The position numbers were made by a program, and so were the translations under genes. The notes under the pieces are model-generated. The model was not told the origin of the DNA and searched no databases. It saw nothing but the letters and a program-made list of their open reading frames with translations. Positions 9,830-19,030 of a DNA stretch of 64,000 bases are shown one piece after another. Positions within the stretch are counted from its first letter, which is position 1, and each line of letters begins with the position of its first letter. Source of the DNA: Planctomycetes bacterium TMED75 (GTDB lineage: Bacteria; Planctomycetota; Phycisphaerae; Phycisphaerales; SM1A02); assembly GCA_002171655.1 (NCBI GenBank), contig NHEC01000016.1, positions 3,656-67,655 of the forward strand, in the 5' to 3' direction.

Positions 9830-10297
9830 TCAGTGGGAATGAAGCCCCATGTCAGATGAATCAAGAAGAACCGTGACAGGTCCGTCGTTTTCGAGCCGGA
9901 CCTTCATCGATGCGCCAAATCTTCCTGTTTGAACCGTCAGCCCATGGAAGGTCTGGAGCTTCTCGACAAACTGCTCCAGCATGGGCGCCGCATCTTGAGG
10001 GGCCGCAGCACTGGTGAAACTCGGGCGGTTTCCCTTTCGGCAGTTCCCTGCCAACGTGAACTGACTGATCACCAGCACTTCGCCTTCGACCTCACGGATA
10101 CTGAGATCAAAGCGCCCTGCATCATTGGAGAAGATCCGCATTCGAGCGATCTTCGACGCCACCCAGTCGAGGTCACGATTCTCATCACCCTCGACAATGC
10201 ATGCCAGCACACAGAGCCCACGATTGATTCGACCGACCACCCCGACCTCCGAGACCTCCACGGAAGCCTCGTTGACCCGCTGGACCACTGCGATCAT
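9830..10297 (-). CDS. dtd: D-aminoacyl-tRNA deacylase
   Basis: MIAVVQRV...SQFTLAGNCRKGNRPSF is a canonical Dtd signature. Confidence 0.9.
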   Translation of the reverse strand: MIAVVQRVNEASVEVSEVGVVGRINRGLCVLACIVEGDENRDLDWVASKIARMRIFSNDAGRFDLSIREVEGEVLVISQFTLAGNCRKGNRPSFTSAAAPQDAAPMLEQFVEKLQTFHGLTVQTGRFGASMKVRLENDGPVTVLLDSSDMGLHSH

Positions 10298-10315
10298 CCG
10301 GCACCTCCAACGGAT

Positions 10316-11557
10316 TCAAATGACCGCACAGGTTGATGCCGAGACCAGCCAGTGGTTGGAATCGTCGTATGCCTGACGGTAATCGAGCAGCTCAAGCTCT
10401 CTTGGCCCATCAAGAACTCGAAGCAGTGTCGACATGTTTCCAACCGAACACCAGTGAGTCGAGTTGTCGTGCGCCCCGATTGCACTCACGAAAGACTCCG
10501 CATCTCCCGACAGGAAATGACCCAGCATTTGGCGATCATGCATTTCAACGGCTTCACGACGCGCATCATCGATGGGCTCGGGCTCTCCGAATTGTGGGCC
10601 GACGTGGCTCAAATCACTCGAGGCCACGAAGTAGGTGGTACCACCGAGTGATTCGATCGAATCACGACAGGCCGTGACAAACTCATTCACCGAAGTGCGG
10701 TTTCCATCATCTGCAATCATCGGCTGCAGCGGATCCGGGATCAGAAAGCCACTGACCGGAACATCACCGAACAGATGCTGAATCCATGGCAGGTGGAGCT
10801 GGATCGAGTGCTCGGGAACATGATCAAGCTGATCGGCAATCAAGCCTGCTCCGAGCCGATCGGAAAATTCGCCCATCAGGTCAAGATCCGGCGTGGTCAT
10901 CCCCAGGGGCGTTTCCCAGTTCCACCGGGTTCCCACCACACCATCACCAATTCCATGATGGTTGGTACCAAGCACGATGACCCGATCAGGCCGCGCTGAT
11001 TCAGTCCAAGCCTTGTATCCCGCCGCGTACAAAGGCCAACCACGGTGGTAATCAAGGTGGGGGACCACAAGACCAGCTGGTGTCACCTCGAGTTCAGGGT
11101 CTTCCGCCTGCTCCAGCCAGGTTCCCAGCTGCGCCCGCATGGCCTCCCCGTCCTCTCCCAGCATGAAGGCGGCACCGCGTGGCAAGTAGCCCAGCTCGTC
11201 AATCTGACGCTTTTTCTGAGCTTCCATCTCTGTGAAGGTCGGGCCCCACAACATGCAATGCACCTCGAGAGCCATCACCAGGTTCTGAAGGTTCTCCAGT
11301 GGGATCTGAAACTTTTCAGAGACCTCATCAACTGTCTGCTGGCCTTGAAACTGCGCGAGAATGGGCATTGCCTGTGCTGGCACCACCATTTGCTGCTTGT
11401 GCAGTCGCAGAGGATCGGCCAGGCAGAGCACCTGAGTCCCGTCGGGCTGTTTTCCAGGCTGGGGCAGGAAGCGCCTCAGATGGGGCTTCAGCAAATGCGG
11501 CTGGGAGGGGTCGTAGGGGGGAAGCGCCTCTTTGGCGGATTGTTTATCGTCACTCAT
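10316..11557 (-). CDS. MEMO1-family protein (AmmeMemoRadiSam system protein B-like) with an N-terminal extension
   Basis: VVPHLDYHRG, VIVLGTNHHG and SSDLSHVG match the Memo/dioxygenase-like fold motifs. The start was set at MSDDKQ; the track ORF extends to 11665. Confidence 0.75.
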   Translation of the reverse strand: MSDDKQSAKEALPPYDPSQPHLLKPHLRRFLPQPGKQPDGTQVLCLADPLRLHKQQMVVPAQAMPILAQFQGQQTVDEVSEKFQIPLENLQNLVMALEVHCMLWGPTFTEMEAQKKRQIDELGYLPRGAAFMLGEDGEAMRAQLGTWLEQAEDPELEVTPAGLVVPHLDYHRGWPLYAAGYKAWTESARPDRVIVLGTNHHGIGDGVVGTRWNWETPLGMTTPDLDLMGEFSDRLGAGLIADQLDHVPEHSIQLHLPWIQHLFGDVPVSGFLIPDPLQPMIADDGNRTSVNEFVTACRDSIESLGGTTYFVASSDLSHVGPQFGEPEPIDDARREAVEMHDRQMLGHFLSGDAESFVSAIGAHDNSTHWCSVGNMSTLLRVLDGPRELELLDYRQAYDDSNHWLVSASTCAVI

Positions 11558-11845
11558 GACATGAGTGTACCGACTGTTGCCCCATGGGTTTGCAGGCAGA
11601 GAAACGGCTTTCTTGGACAGAAGACAGCGATTCCACCAATCTTGATCGAGTTTCAGACGTAGCAATCCGATGAGATTCTGCCTCCATTGCTTGGTTGGGA
11701 GGTAGGCAAAGAAAACGGCCCTTTCGGTGGGCTAGCGTGTATCCTTGGGATCCCCATACGCAGGACCTTGCGAGAGAATTGACTCGATGAAGGGTCCGAC
11801 CTGAGACCGCCTCAGAGAAACGACACTTGGAGCAACAAGAACATC

Positions 11846-13633
11846 ATGGCCCCTACTCATAAGAATTCGTGCGCCACTCCCATTCGCAATGTCCCGATCC
11901 TTGGGAGAGCAGCCCTCATCAGTGCCGCGACCCTGTCGGTTCTTTTCGTGGGCTGCGGTGATTCTGGAACTGACGCCACCAAAGCTGCAGCGAACCCCGA
12001 AGTTTCTGCTCCGGCCCAAACTGATGGCGGCGCGGTGGCAGCGCCCACCGTGGTGGCTGCCACAGATGAGAAGCGTCTGAACGCAACCAATCTGAATGCA
12101 ACCAATCTGAAGACCAAGCCCGTTCCAGCACCCGGTGCCACCGTCGGAGCAACTGCCACCAAGGGAGCTCCTGCCAAGCCAGTCGACCCTTCCAGTGCTT
12201 CACCCATTCGGTTCGAACCAGATCCACTGGATCTTGGTGAAATGACCGCCGACGTCGCCAAGACCGGCACCGTGACCATTGTCAATACCTCGGACGCTCC
12301 GGTGACCATCACCAAGGCAGTACCAGGGTGCGGTTGCACCACCCTTGGCTGGCCAAAGGAACCGATTGCACCCGGGGCTTCTGCGGATATCGACATCACT
12401 CTCAAACCAGGACCCAAGCAGGGCGTCACGCTGCGAAAGCGTGTGACCTTCCAGCTCGATGGCCAGCCCTCCCAGGTTCTTCAGGTTCAGGGCAATGTTG
12501 CTGAATACGTTTCCATTAAGCCGGACATCCTCCCCGCTCGGGTCGAGGAAGAACCCCTCAGCTCGGAAATCGTGCTTGCCTCGGTCGATGGAACACCCTT
12601 CACGATCACCTCCACGAATCCCGATGTGATGTCAGGCCTTGCCACCGAACCCGCACTCGTTCAGACCGTCCAGCTTGACTGGGCTGCTTGGGAAGAAGCG
12701 GGCCGACCGGTGAAGGTGGCGTTCATGCTTGACCACCCCAAGTCAGCGCAGGTGTCCACCCTGGTGAAACGACGATCACTGAATTCCCGGCAACCCAACG
12801 CGCCGACCCCCAGCAACGTGAACAGCCAACAGATCAACGATCTCAGTGGAGCCGCTCGGTCCGGTGACCTGACCCGTGTCAAGCTGCTCATTGCCAATGG
12901 GGCCGATCCCGATTCGCCTGATACCAACGGAGGCCGCACGCCTCTGCACTGGGCGGTTAAGGGAAACCACATGGAAGTTGTCACCTACCTCCTTGAGTCA
13001 GGGGCCGACATCGACAAGGGCGAGCGAGCTGGAAAGACTGCTCTTGACTTCGCAGCAGAGTCCGGCCAGGTTGAAATGACCCAATTCCTGGTCGACGCTG
13101 GAGCCGATGTGAACAAGCGGGACCTCATTGGTGGCAACTCCGCCTTGTGGGCCGCCGGCCTCGGAACGCCTCAGACACTTGAGATTCTCGTGAAGGCCAA
13201 CGCCGACATCGAGGTCAAGGACATCAATGGACTGACTCCGCTTGCCTGGGCCGCGCAAACCGGCGAAACCCAGTCAATGCAGATTCTCATCGATGCTGGC
13301 GCCGACGTGAATGTGGTGGATCTGCTCAACGGAGAAAGCATTCTCATGCGAGCAGCTCGCAGCGGCAAGGTCGAATCAGTCCAGCTTCTGCTCGACAAGA
13401 AGGCCGACACCACCACCAAGACCAAGATGGGTGCAAGCACCCTCCAGATCGCATCCGAATACGGCAATGTGGACATTGTGAAGGTCCTTGTCGAATCAGG
13501 CCTTGACCCCAAGGCCAAGGACGCACGCGGCTGGACTGCACTCGATTACGCAAACAACCGAGTCGATGACTCACGTTTCGCCGTGATTGAATACCTCACT
13601 CCGATGGTTGGCAGTGAGGATTCATCAGACTGA
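11846..13633 (+). CDS. Lipoprotein with a DUF1573 domain and C-terminal ankyrin repeats
   Basis: Lipobox LFVGCG. The DUF1573 signature is DLGEM...TVTIVNTSDAPVTITKAVPGCGCTT. At least 6 ankyrin repeats follow (GRTPLHWAVKGNHMEVVTYLLESGADI...). Confidence 0.8.
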   Translation: MAPTHKNSCATPIRNVPILGRAALISAATLSVLFVGCGDSGTDATKAAANPEVSAPAQTDGGAVAAPTVVAATDEKRLNATNLNATNLKTKPVPAPGATVGATATKGAPAKPVDPSSASPIRFEPDPLDLGEMTADVAKTGTVTIVNTSDAPVTITKAVPGCGCTTLGWPKEPIAPGASADIDITLKPGPKQGVTLRKRVTFQLDGQPSQVLQVQGNVAEYVSIKPDILPARVEEEPLSSEIVLASVDGTPFTITSTNPDVMSGLATEPALVQTVQLDWAAWEEAGRPVKVAFMLDHPKSAQVSTLVKRRSLNSRQPNAPTPSNVNSQQINDLSGAARSGDLTRVKLLIANGADPDSPDTNGGRTPLHWAVKGNHMEVVTYLLESGADIDKGERAGKTALDFAAESGQVEMTQFLVDAGADVNKRDLIGGNSALWAAGLGTPQTLEILVKANADIEVKDINGLTPLAWAAQTGETQSMQILIDAGADVNVVDLLNGESILMRAARSGKVESVQLLLDKKADTTTKTKMGASTLQIASEYGNVDIVKVLVESGLDPKAKDARGWTALDYANNRVDDSRFAVIEYLTPMVGSEDSSD

Positions 13634-13664
13634 TCCGCTCTCACGAGCCTTGAAGAGACCACCA

Positions 13665-13698
13665 GGGAGCTCGTCCAGCTGGACGAGCTCCCTTTCTG
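13665..13698 (+). terminator. Rho-independent terminator after the ankyrin gene
   Basis: Perfect 28-nt palindrome gggagctcgtccagctggacgagctccc, followed by tttctg. Confidence 0.7.
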
Positions 13699-13762
13699 AT
13701 TACCCCGTGCGATCTCATCCCTGGGATTGGTATCATTTGCTCACGAAATAACAGGAGTACCC

Positions 13763-15286
13763 ATGACCACTCAGACTGAAGAAACCACCACCGCCTATTC
13801 CAAGCTCATTGAACTTTCACGTGAGCGCTCATTGCTCAGCTCCACCGCCGAGATCATGGGCTGGGACAACGAGACGATGATGCCCAAGGGAGGGCTGGAT
13901 TATCGAAGCAAGCAGATGGCGCAATTGGCCCGATTGACTCACCAGATGGCGACGGATGAACGCCTGGGCGGACTCATTGATGAAGCAGAAGCCGAGTGTC
14001 AACCAGAATCGGAAGATGCCGCCAACGTCAGGGAGCTTCGTCGTGACTATGAGATCTCAACCAAACTACCGGCCGCGCTCGTTGAGGAATTCGCACTTGC
14101 CTCATCGATTGGACAACATGAATGGGCCGTCGCCAGAGAGCGCGATGACTTTGAACACTTCAGGCCGCACCTCGAGCAGCTCATCAACCTGAGTCGACGA
14201 AAAGCGGACTGCCTGGGAATCCCCGAAGGCGGCGAGCACTGGGATGCACTTGCGGACACCTATGAGCCTGGAATGAATGCAGCAGATGTCGAGGCCGTCT
14301 TCACTCCATTGCGGAAGCGCCTCTCATCCTTGATTCTCGACCTCGCCAACAGCTCGAATTCTCCAAGCAATGCATTCAACGAGGCCGAATGCCCCATCTC
14401 GAACCAGGAGACCTTTGTGCGCCGTGTGGCCGAAACCCTTGGCTTTGACTTCTCTCGTGGCCGACTTGATCGCTCTGTGCACCCGTTCTGCGGCGGAAGT
14501 CACTGCAACGACGTTCGCATGACAACCCGCTTTCATGACAACGAAGTGAACGATGCACTCGGCTCAACGATGCACGAGACCGGCCATGGTCTCTACGAGC
14601 AGGGGCTGCCATACGACTGGGTGGGGACGCCTCTCGGTGAGGCTGTCTCCCTGGGCATTCATGAAAGCCAGAGTCGGATGTGGGAGAATCAAGTGGGGAG
14701 AAGTCGGGAATTCTGGCAGTGGTGCGCCCCAATTGCTCGAGAAACACTCGGAGGCCAGATAGCGAAACTTTCGGATGACGAGCTGTACCAGGGGGCAAAC
14801 ATAGTTCGTCCTGGATTCATACGAGTGGAAGCCGATGAAGCCACCTACAACCTGCACATCATGATTCGGTTCGAACTTGAAAGAGCGATGATTTCAGGAG
14901 ACCTCGAAGCTGCCGACATTCCCAGTGAATGGAATCGCTTGTACAAGGACTATCTCGACCTGGAAGTACCCGACAATCGCCGTGGCTGCCTGCAGGACGT
15001 TCACTGGTCAATGGGGGCAATCGGCTACTTCCCCACCTACACGCTGGGCAACCTCTACTGCGCACAATTCTTCCAGAGTGCGTGTGCGGAACTGCCAGGA
15101 ATGACTGAAGCCTTTGCGGATGGGCAATTCAAGCAACTCCTTGATTGGCTGCGCACCAACATTCATGCCCATGGCCGACGGTTCCAGGCCGGTGAACTCT
15201 GTGAACGTGTCACCGGACGTACTCTGACCGCACAGCCATTGATGGAGTATCTGGAGGGCAAGCTGCGTCCTCTCTATGGGGCCTGA
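13763..15286 (+). CDS. Carboxypeptidase M32 (Taq-type metallocarboxypeptidase)
   Basis: HETGHGLYEQG (HExxH), HPF and IRVEADE motifs. AGGAG lies 5 nt upstream of the ATG at 13763. Confidence 0.88.
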   Translation: MTTQTEETTTAYSKLIELSRERSLLSSTAEIMGWDNETMMPKGGLDYRSKQMAQLARLTHQMATDERLGGLIDEAEAECQPESEDAANVRELRRDYEISTKLPAALVEEFALASSIGQHEWAVARERDDFEHFRPHLEQLINLSRRKADCLGIPEGGEHWDALADTYEPGMNAADVEAVFTPLRKRLSSLILDLANSSNSPSNAFNEAECPISNQETFVRRVAETLGFDFSRGRLDRSVHPFCGGSHCNDVRMTTRFHDNEVNDALGSTMHETGHGLYEQGLPYDWVGTPLGEAVSLGIHESQSRMWENQVGRSREFWQWCAPIARETLGGQIAKLSDDELYQGANIVRPGFIRVEADEATYNLHIMIRFELERAMISGDLEAADIPSEWNRLYKDYLDLEVPDNRRGCLQDVHWSMGAIGYFPTYTLGNLYCAQFFQSACAELPGMTEAFADGQFKQLLDWLRTNIHAHGRRFQAGELCERVTGRTLTAQPLMEYLEGKLRPLYGA

Positions 15287-15289
15287 ACA

Positions 15290-16153
15290 ATGAAATCCGA
15301 TCCCAATCATGCATTCGTGGTTGAGCGGTGTTCGCACCAAACTCTGCTCGATCATGTGACGGCCATTCACCAGGGCCAGCCCGAGCGATTCACCCTGCCT
15401 TGCGGCTTCCGTGCAGAAGGTGGCCAGAAGAGCCATGCATTGCTTCTCCGGAATGGGGAAACAGTGGCGGTCGGAAGCGCTGCCCAGAATGGGACAGGGG
15501 CCCGATTAATCACCAGCAGGCTTGATCGGATAAAGCCGGATTCAACTGAACTTGCTGCCTTGATTGAAGCACTGGGGGGAGCGGGCGAACTGGTGATCGA
15601 ACAGGCCCTTGAACAGGCGGCACACGAAGCCACGGCACTGCTGTCAGAGCTCTCATTGCACACCAAGTTTCAGCTCACCTTGTATCGATTTGATGTAGAC
15701 TCCGATTCGATTCCCGGTTCTCACAAGTCGATTCGATCCGCCACCGACTCCGACATACCGCTTCTAGCAGAATGGCTGTGCGCATTTGGGACTGAAACCG
15801 GCTACCAGCATCCTAAAAATGACGTCAATTTCGAAGCAATCGCTCAAGGAAACATCAACACCTGCGCCGTTAGGCTTCTGGAAATCAACGGGGCTCCAGT
15901 CGCTCTTGGCCAGAGAGCACGCAGCTCAACGGTCGGACAGAATCGAATCGGATTGATCTTCGTCCCTGAAGAGCATCGGGGACACGGCCATGCCAAGCAG
16001 CTTGTACGGGCTCTGGTGGGTGAAGTACTTTCAGAAGGCGCAATCCCTTGTCTCTTCTCCGACCGGAAGAATCCGATCAGCAATCGCTTGTATTCAGGGC
16101 TCTCGTTCATTGAAAGTGATTCACTTGTCCACCTCGCACCCGAACAGTCCTGA
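15290..16153 (+). CDS. GNAT-family N-acetyltransferase
   Basis: The C-terminal half carries an acetyl-CoA-binding-like motif (HRGHGHAKQLVRALV). Confidence 0.6.
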   Translation: MKSDPNHAFVVERCSHQTLLDHVTAIHQGQPERFTLPCGFRAEGGQKSHALLLRNGETVAVGSAAQNGTGARLITSRLDRIKPDSTELAALIEALGGAGELVIEQALEQAAHEATALLSELSLHTKFQLTLYRFDVDSDSIPGSHKSIRSATDSDIPLLAEWLCAFGTETGYQHPKNDVNFEAIAQGNINTCAVRLLEINGAPVALGQRARSSTVGQNRIGLIFVPEEHRGHGHAKQLVRALVGEVLSEGAIPCLFSDRKNPISNRLYSGLSFIESDSLVHLAPEQS

Positions 16154-16937
16154 GGAATCCTTTCCCGGAAGCCCCACACTTGTCTGGGCCCAACTCATAG
16201 TCGTCCTCACTGCTCCATCACTGGGAGCACTTTGTGGTCTTTGGTTCTGGCCTGGCCCGTTGGGAGCGACTCTGTACGCTCTTTGCAAGCTGATTCTCTA
16301 CGGCATCCCCGTGTACATTTTGATCCGGCAACTCGGATTCGCAGGCTGTGTGTCCTACCCTTTCCAAGGCCTTTTCACTCAAAACGCTGCGATCGGACTG
16401 GTGAGCGGTCTGGTCATCGGCTGCGTGATTTTGCTCCTCTGGGTGCTCGTGCTTGCCGGCCGGGTCAACGTCGCACCGGTACTTGACGCAATGCGTGACA
16501 ATGGCATGACCAATGCTTTGAAGTTCCTCGCATTCGCTGCCTGGCTCTGCCTGGCCAACAGCCTGCTCGAAGAAATCGTCTTTCGCTGGTACGTTGACAC
16601 TCGACTACGAATAATCGGGCTTCCCTTTGCCATCGCAGTACCTGTTTCAGCCTTTGTCTTCACCCTTCACCATGTGATCGTGCTGAGCGCTTTTTTCCAT
16701 TGGCCACTGGTGCTCACAGGCTCATTGGGCGTCTTCGGTGGGGGGGTTCTTTGGTCCCTGCTGCTTCGCTACAGCAAGTCCCTCAGTCCCAGCTGGATCA
16801 GCCATGCCCTGGTTGATGCAGCAATCATGCTGATCGGTTGGTGGGTCCTCAGTGCCGCCCAAGTACCACACCAAGTACCACACCAAGTACCACACCAAGT
16901 ACCACACCAAGTACCACACCAAGTACCACAGGCATGA
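16116..16937 (+). CDS. CPBP-family intramembrane glutamic endopeptidase (CAAX protease-like)
   Basis: EEIVFRWY and a later HH motif sit within a multi-TM protein. The start is uncertain. The track ORF begins at 15990, inside the GNAT gene; in-frame TTG 16110 and GTG 16116 are more plausible. Confidence 0.65.
   Translation: MIHLSTSHPNSPEESFPGSPTLVWAQLIVVLTAPSLGALCGLWFWPGPLGATLYALCKLILYGIPVYILIRQLGFAGCVSYPFQGLFTQNAAIGLVSGLVIGCVILLLWVLVLAGRVNVAPVLDAMRDNGMTNALKFLAFAAWLCLANSLLEEIVFRWYVDTRLRIIGLPFAIAVPVSAFVFTLHHVIVLSAFFHWPLVLTGSLGVFGGGVLWSLLLRYSKSLSPSWISHALVDAAIMLIGWWVLSAAQVPHQVPHQVPHQVPHQVPHQVPQA
16860..16930 (+). repeat. Tandem 12-bp repeat (caagtaccacac), about 5.9 copies
   Basis: Read directly from the sequence. 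It encodes (QVPH)n at the extreme C-terminus of the CPBP protease. Confidence 0.95.
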
Positions 16938-17056
16938 ACAAAGACGCCATGAGAGGCTCATAACCGCACAATTGCTTGTCTTGACGAAAAGACGGTTCAA
17001 GGTGAACCGAGCGTTGTCTGCGGGCGTAGATTTCGTAGCTCTGAGGAAGCTATTCA

Positions 17057-18301
17057 ATGACTCGAATATATGTGCAGAAATTTGGTGGTTCATCCCTCGC
17101 AACTCCCGAACGGCTGCAGGAATGTGCAGAAATCACCCATCGGAGGATGGAGGGTGGTGACCAGGTCGTCGTAGTGGTCAGCGCCATGGGATCCACCACC
17201 GAGCAACTCATTTCTCTGGCTCGATCTCTGGGCATTGGTCACGACTCAAGCTCCCACGATCTGCTTCTCGCTTCGGGTGAGCAGATCTCTGCCGCTGCAA
17301 TGTCGCTCGCGCTCTCGCGATACGGGCACGACTCCGTACCACTCTCTGGTGGAGCCGCCGGACTCGTCACCGATGGACGTCCCGGATGTTCGGAGGTGGT
17401 CGAAATCAATCCAGAGCGCGTGAATCATGAACTGAGTCATGGGAGAATTCCTGTGGTGATGGGATTTCAGGGAATGAGTCGCCAGGGCACACTCACTCTT
17501 CTTGGACGTGGCGGATCCGATACCACCGCCGTGGTTCTCGCGGGGGCACTCCAAACCCATCTCAATTCACCACGGTGTGAGATCTATACAGATGTTGACG
17601 GGGTGCACACGTCCGATCCCAAACTGGTGCCGCACACCAGCTTGTTGGCGTCAATCGGCTACAAGCCGATGCACACCCTGTCACGACTGGGAGCGCAGGT
17701 GATGGCCAGCACTGCAGTACACTACGCAGATTGTCTTCAAGTTCCTGTCCGAGTGTGTAATTCGCGTACTCCGGGGAATGGAACGATGATCGAACCTCAA
17801 TACGATTCGTTCGCACCTCAAGGAATCATCGCATGTGCTGTAACCGAGGAACTTAGTCGGATTCAGTTGGACCTACCCCAAGCCTCGCCGGCGTTGATCA
17901 GCGATTTTCTCCACGCCACCTCCGAATCAGAACTCGTTTTCCATCAGCGTGAGTACAACGAATCCGAAGATTCAACCCGGCTTGAATACACCGCATCCCC
18001 ACTGGTGATCGACGACCTCGCCTCCACCATCACACATGAGCTTACTCGTACTCCATCAGAAACCGTCAAAATGACTATTGAACGAAGCCTTGCACGAATT
18101 GCGGTGGTCGGCAACGATCTCACACGGCACTCCTCAACACTCAATCGCTCTCGCAAGTACCTTGGATCCGTTGGAATTGGAACCAAAGCATGGTCACTGG
18201 TGGATGACACCCATTGCACCTTCTTCGTTCGTTCAGAAGATGCACATGAAGCCTTGCGGGCGACGCACAGATCCCTTGACCTTGAATCCACGCCCCAATG
18301 A
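17057..18301 (+). CDS. lysC: Aspartate kinase
   Basis: MTRIYVQKFGGSSLATPERL...VVVVSAMGSTT, with C-terminal ACT-like regions. Confidence 0.9.
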   Translation: MTRIYVQKFGGSSLATPERLQECAEITHRRMEGGDQVVVVVSAMGSTTEQLISLARSLGIGHDSSSHDLLLASGEQISAAAMSLALSRYGHDSVPLSGGAAGLVTDGRPGCSEVVEINPERVNHELSHGRIPVVMGFQGMSRQGTLTLLGRGGSDTTAVVLAGALQTHLNSPRCEIYTDVDGVHTSDPKLVPHTSLLASIGYKPMHTLSRLGAQVMASTAVHYADCLQVPVRVCNSRTPGNGTMIEPQYDSFAPQGIIACAVTEELSRIQLDLPQASPALISDFLHATSESELVFHQREYNESEDSTRLEYTASPLVIDDLASTITHELTRTPSETVKMTIERSLARIAVVGNDLTRHSSTLNRSRKYLGSVGIGTKAWSLVDDTHCTFFVRSEDAHEALRATHRSLDLESTPQ

Positions 18302-18413
18302 CGCCCCCAATGACGCCCTTGCAGCCCACGGGCACCACTGAGCAGGGGTGGATGAGGTGCCCTTCATCGGGTTTGCCACTTGGAATGCCTCGCGCTTTGC
18401 ATAGGATGGAATC

Positions 18414-18965
18414 ATGAAGGATCCACCTTCGACTCAATCCCTGGTTGCAGACGCCCTGTCTGGATCTTCCGATGGATGGTTCGGGGTGGTGGATCGCTTT
18501 TCCCCGCTGATCTGGTCCATTGCCAGATCTTGTGGTCTGAATCAGTCTGATGCCGAGGATGTTGCCCAGACCGTTTTCACCAAGCTGGTCGTGCACATCC
18601 AGAGCATTCGAAACCATGAGTCAATTCCGAGCTGGATAGCAATCACCACCAAGCGAGAAGCGTGGAGAACCAAGGCACTGACCGACCGATTCAAGCCTCA
18701 CTCGGAGCTTCATCTCGAGCCCGCCCCCTCCAAAGAGGATCCGGACCCGCTTGCCCGGCGACAAGATGCTGTTCGGCAAGCGCTTATGAAGGTTCGTCCC
18801 AGATGCCGAGAGCTTTTTACTGCCTTATTTGGCGCTCAGAACGCCAGCTACGAACAAGCAGCCGAGCAACTTGGACTCCAAGGCAACTCCATCGGAGCCA
18901 CTCGAAACCGCTGCCTTCAGGAGCTCATGAGGCATTTGGAGGACCAGGAGATTGATTTTGAATGA
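18414..18965 (+). CDS. ECF-type RNA polymerase sigma factor
   Basis: Region 2 is DAEDVAQTVFTKLV...SWIAITTKREAWR. The region 4 HTH is ASYEQAAEQLGLQGNSIGATRNRCLQEL. Confidence 0.85.
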   Translation: MKDPPSTQSLVADALSGSSDGWFGVVDRFSPLIWSIARSCGLNQSDAEDVAQTVFTKLVVHIQSIRNHESIPSWIAITTKREAWRTKALTDRFKPHSELHLEPAPSKEDPDPLARRQDAVRQALMKVRPRCRELFTALFGAQNASYEQAAEQLGLQGNSIGATRNRCLQELMRHLEDQEIDFE

Positions 18966-19030
18966 TTTACCGCCTTTGAGGTACGGATTTCTCAGATCAC
19001 TGCTCATCATCTATAGAGACGGAGTTCTGC

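Noticed and set aside
16860-16930. A possible CRISPR array. I also considered the heptamers at 44694-44721.
   Set aside because: The units are 12 bp and 7 bp, directly abutting with no spacers. I saw no cas genes and no repeat-spacer periodicity anywhere in the window.
16938-17056. A lysine riboswitch (L-box) upstream of lysC.
   Set aside because: The spacer is only 119 nt, shorter than an L-box aptamer plus expression platform. I could not find the conserved L-box core motifs.
18293-18316. A 12-bp tandem duplication (ccccaatgacgc, twice) spanning the lysC stop codon.
   Set aside because: It is real in the sequence but has only two copies. The first copy already supplies the stop codon, so no functional consequence is evident.
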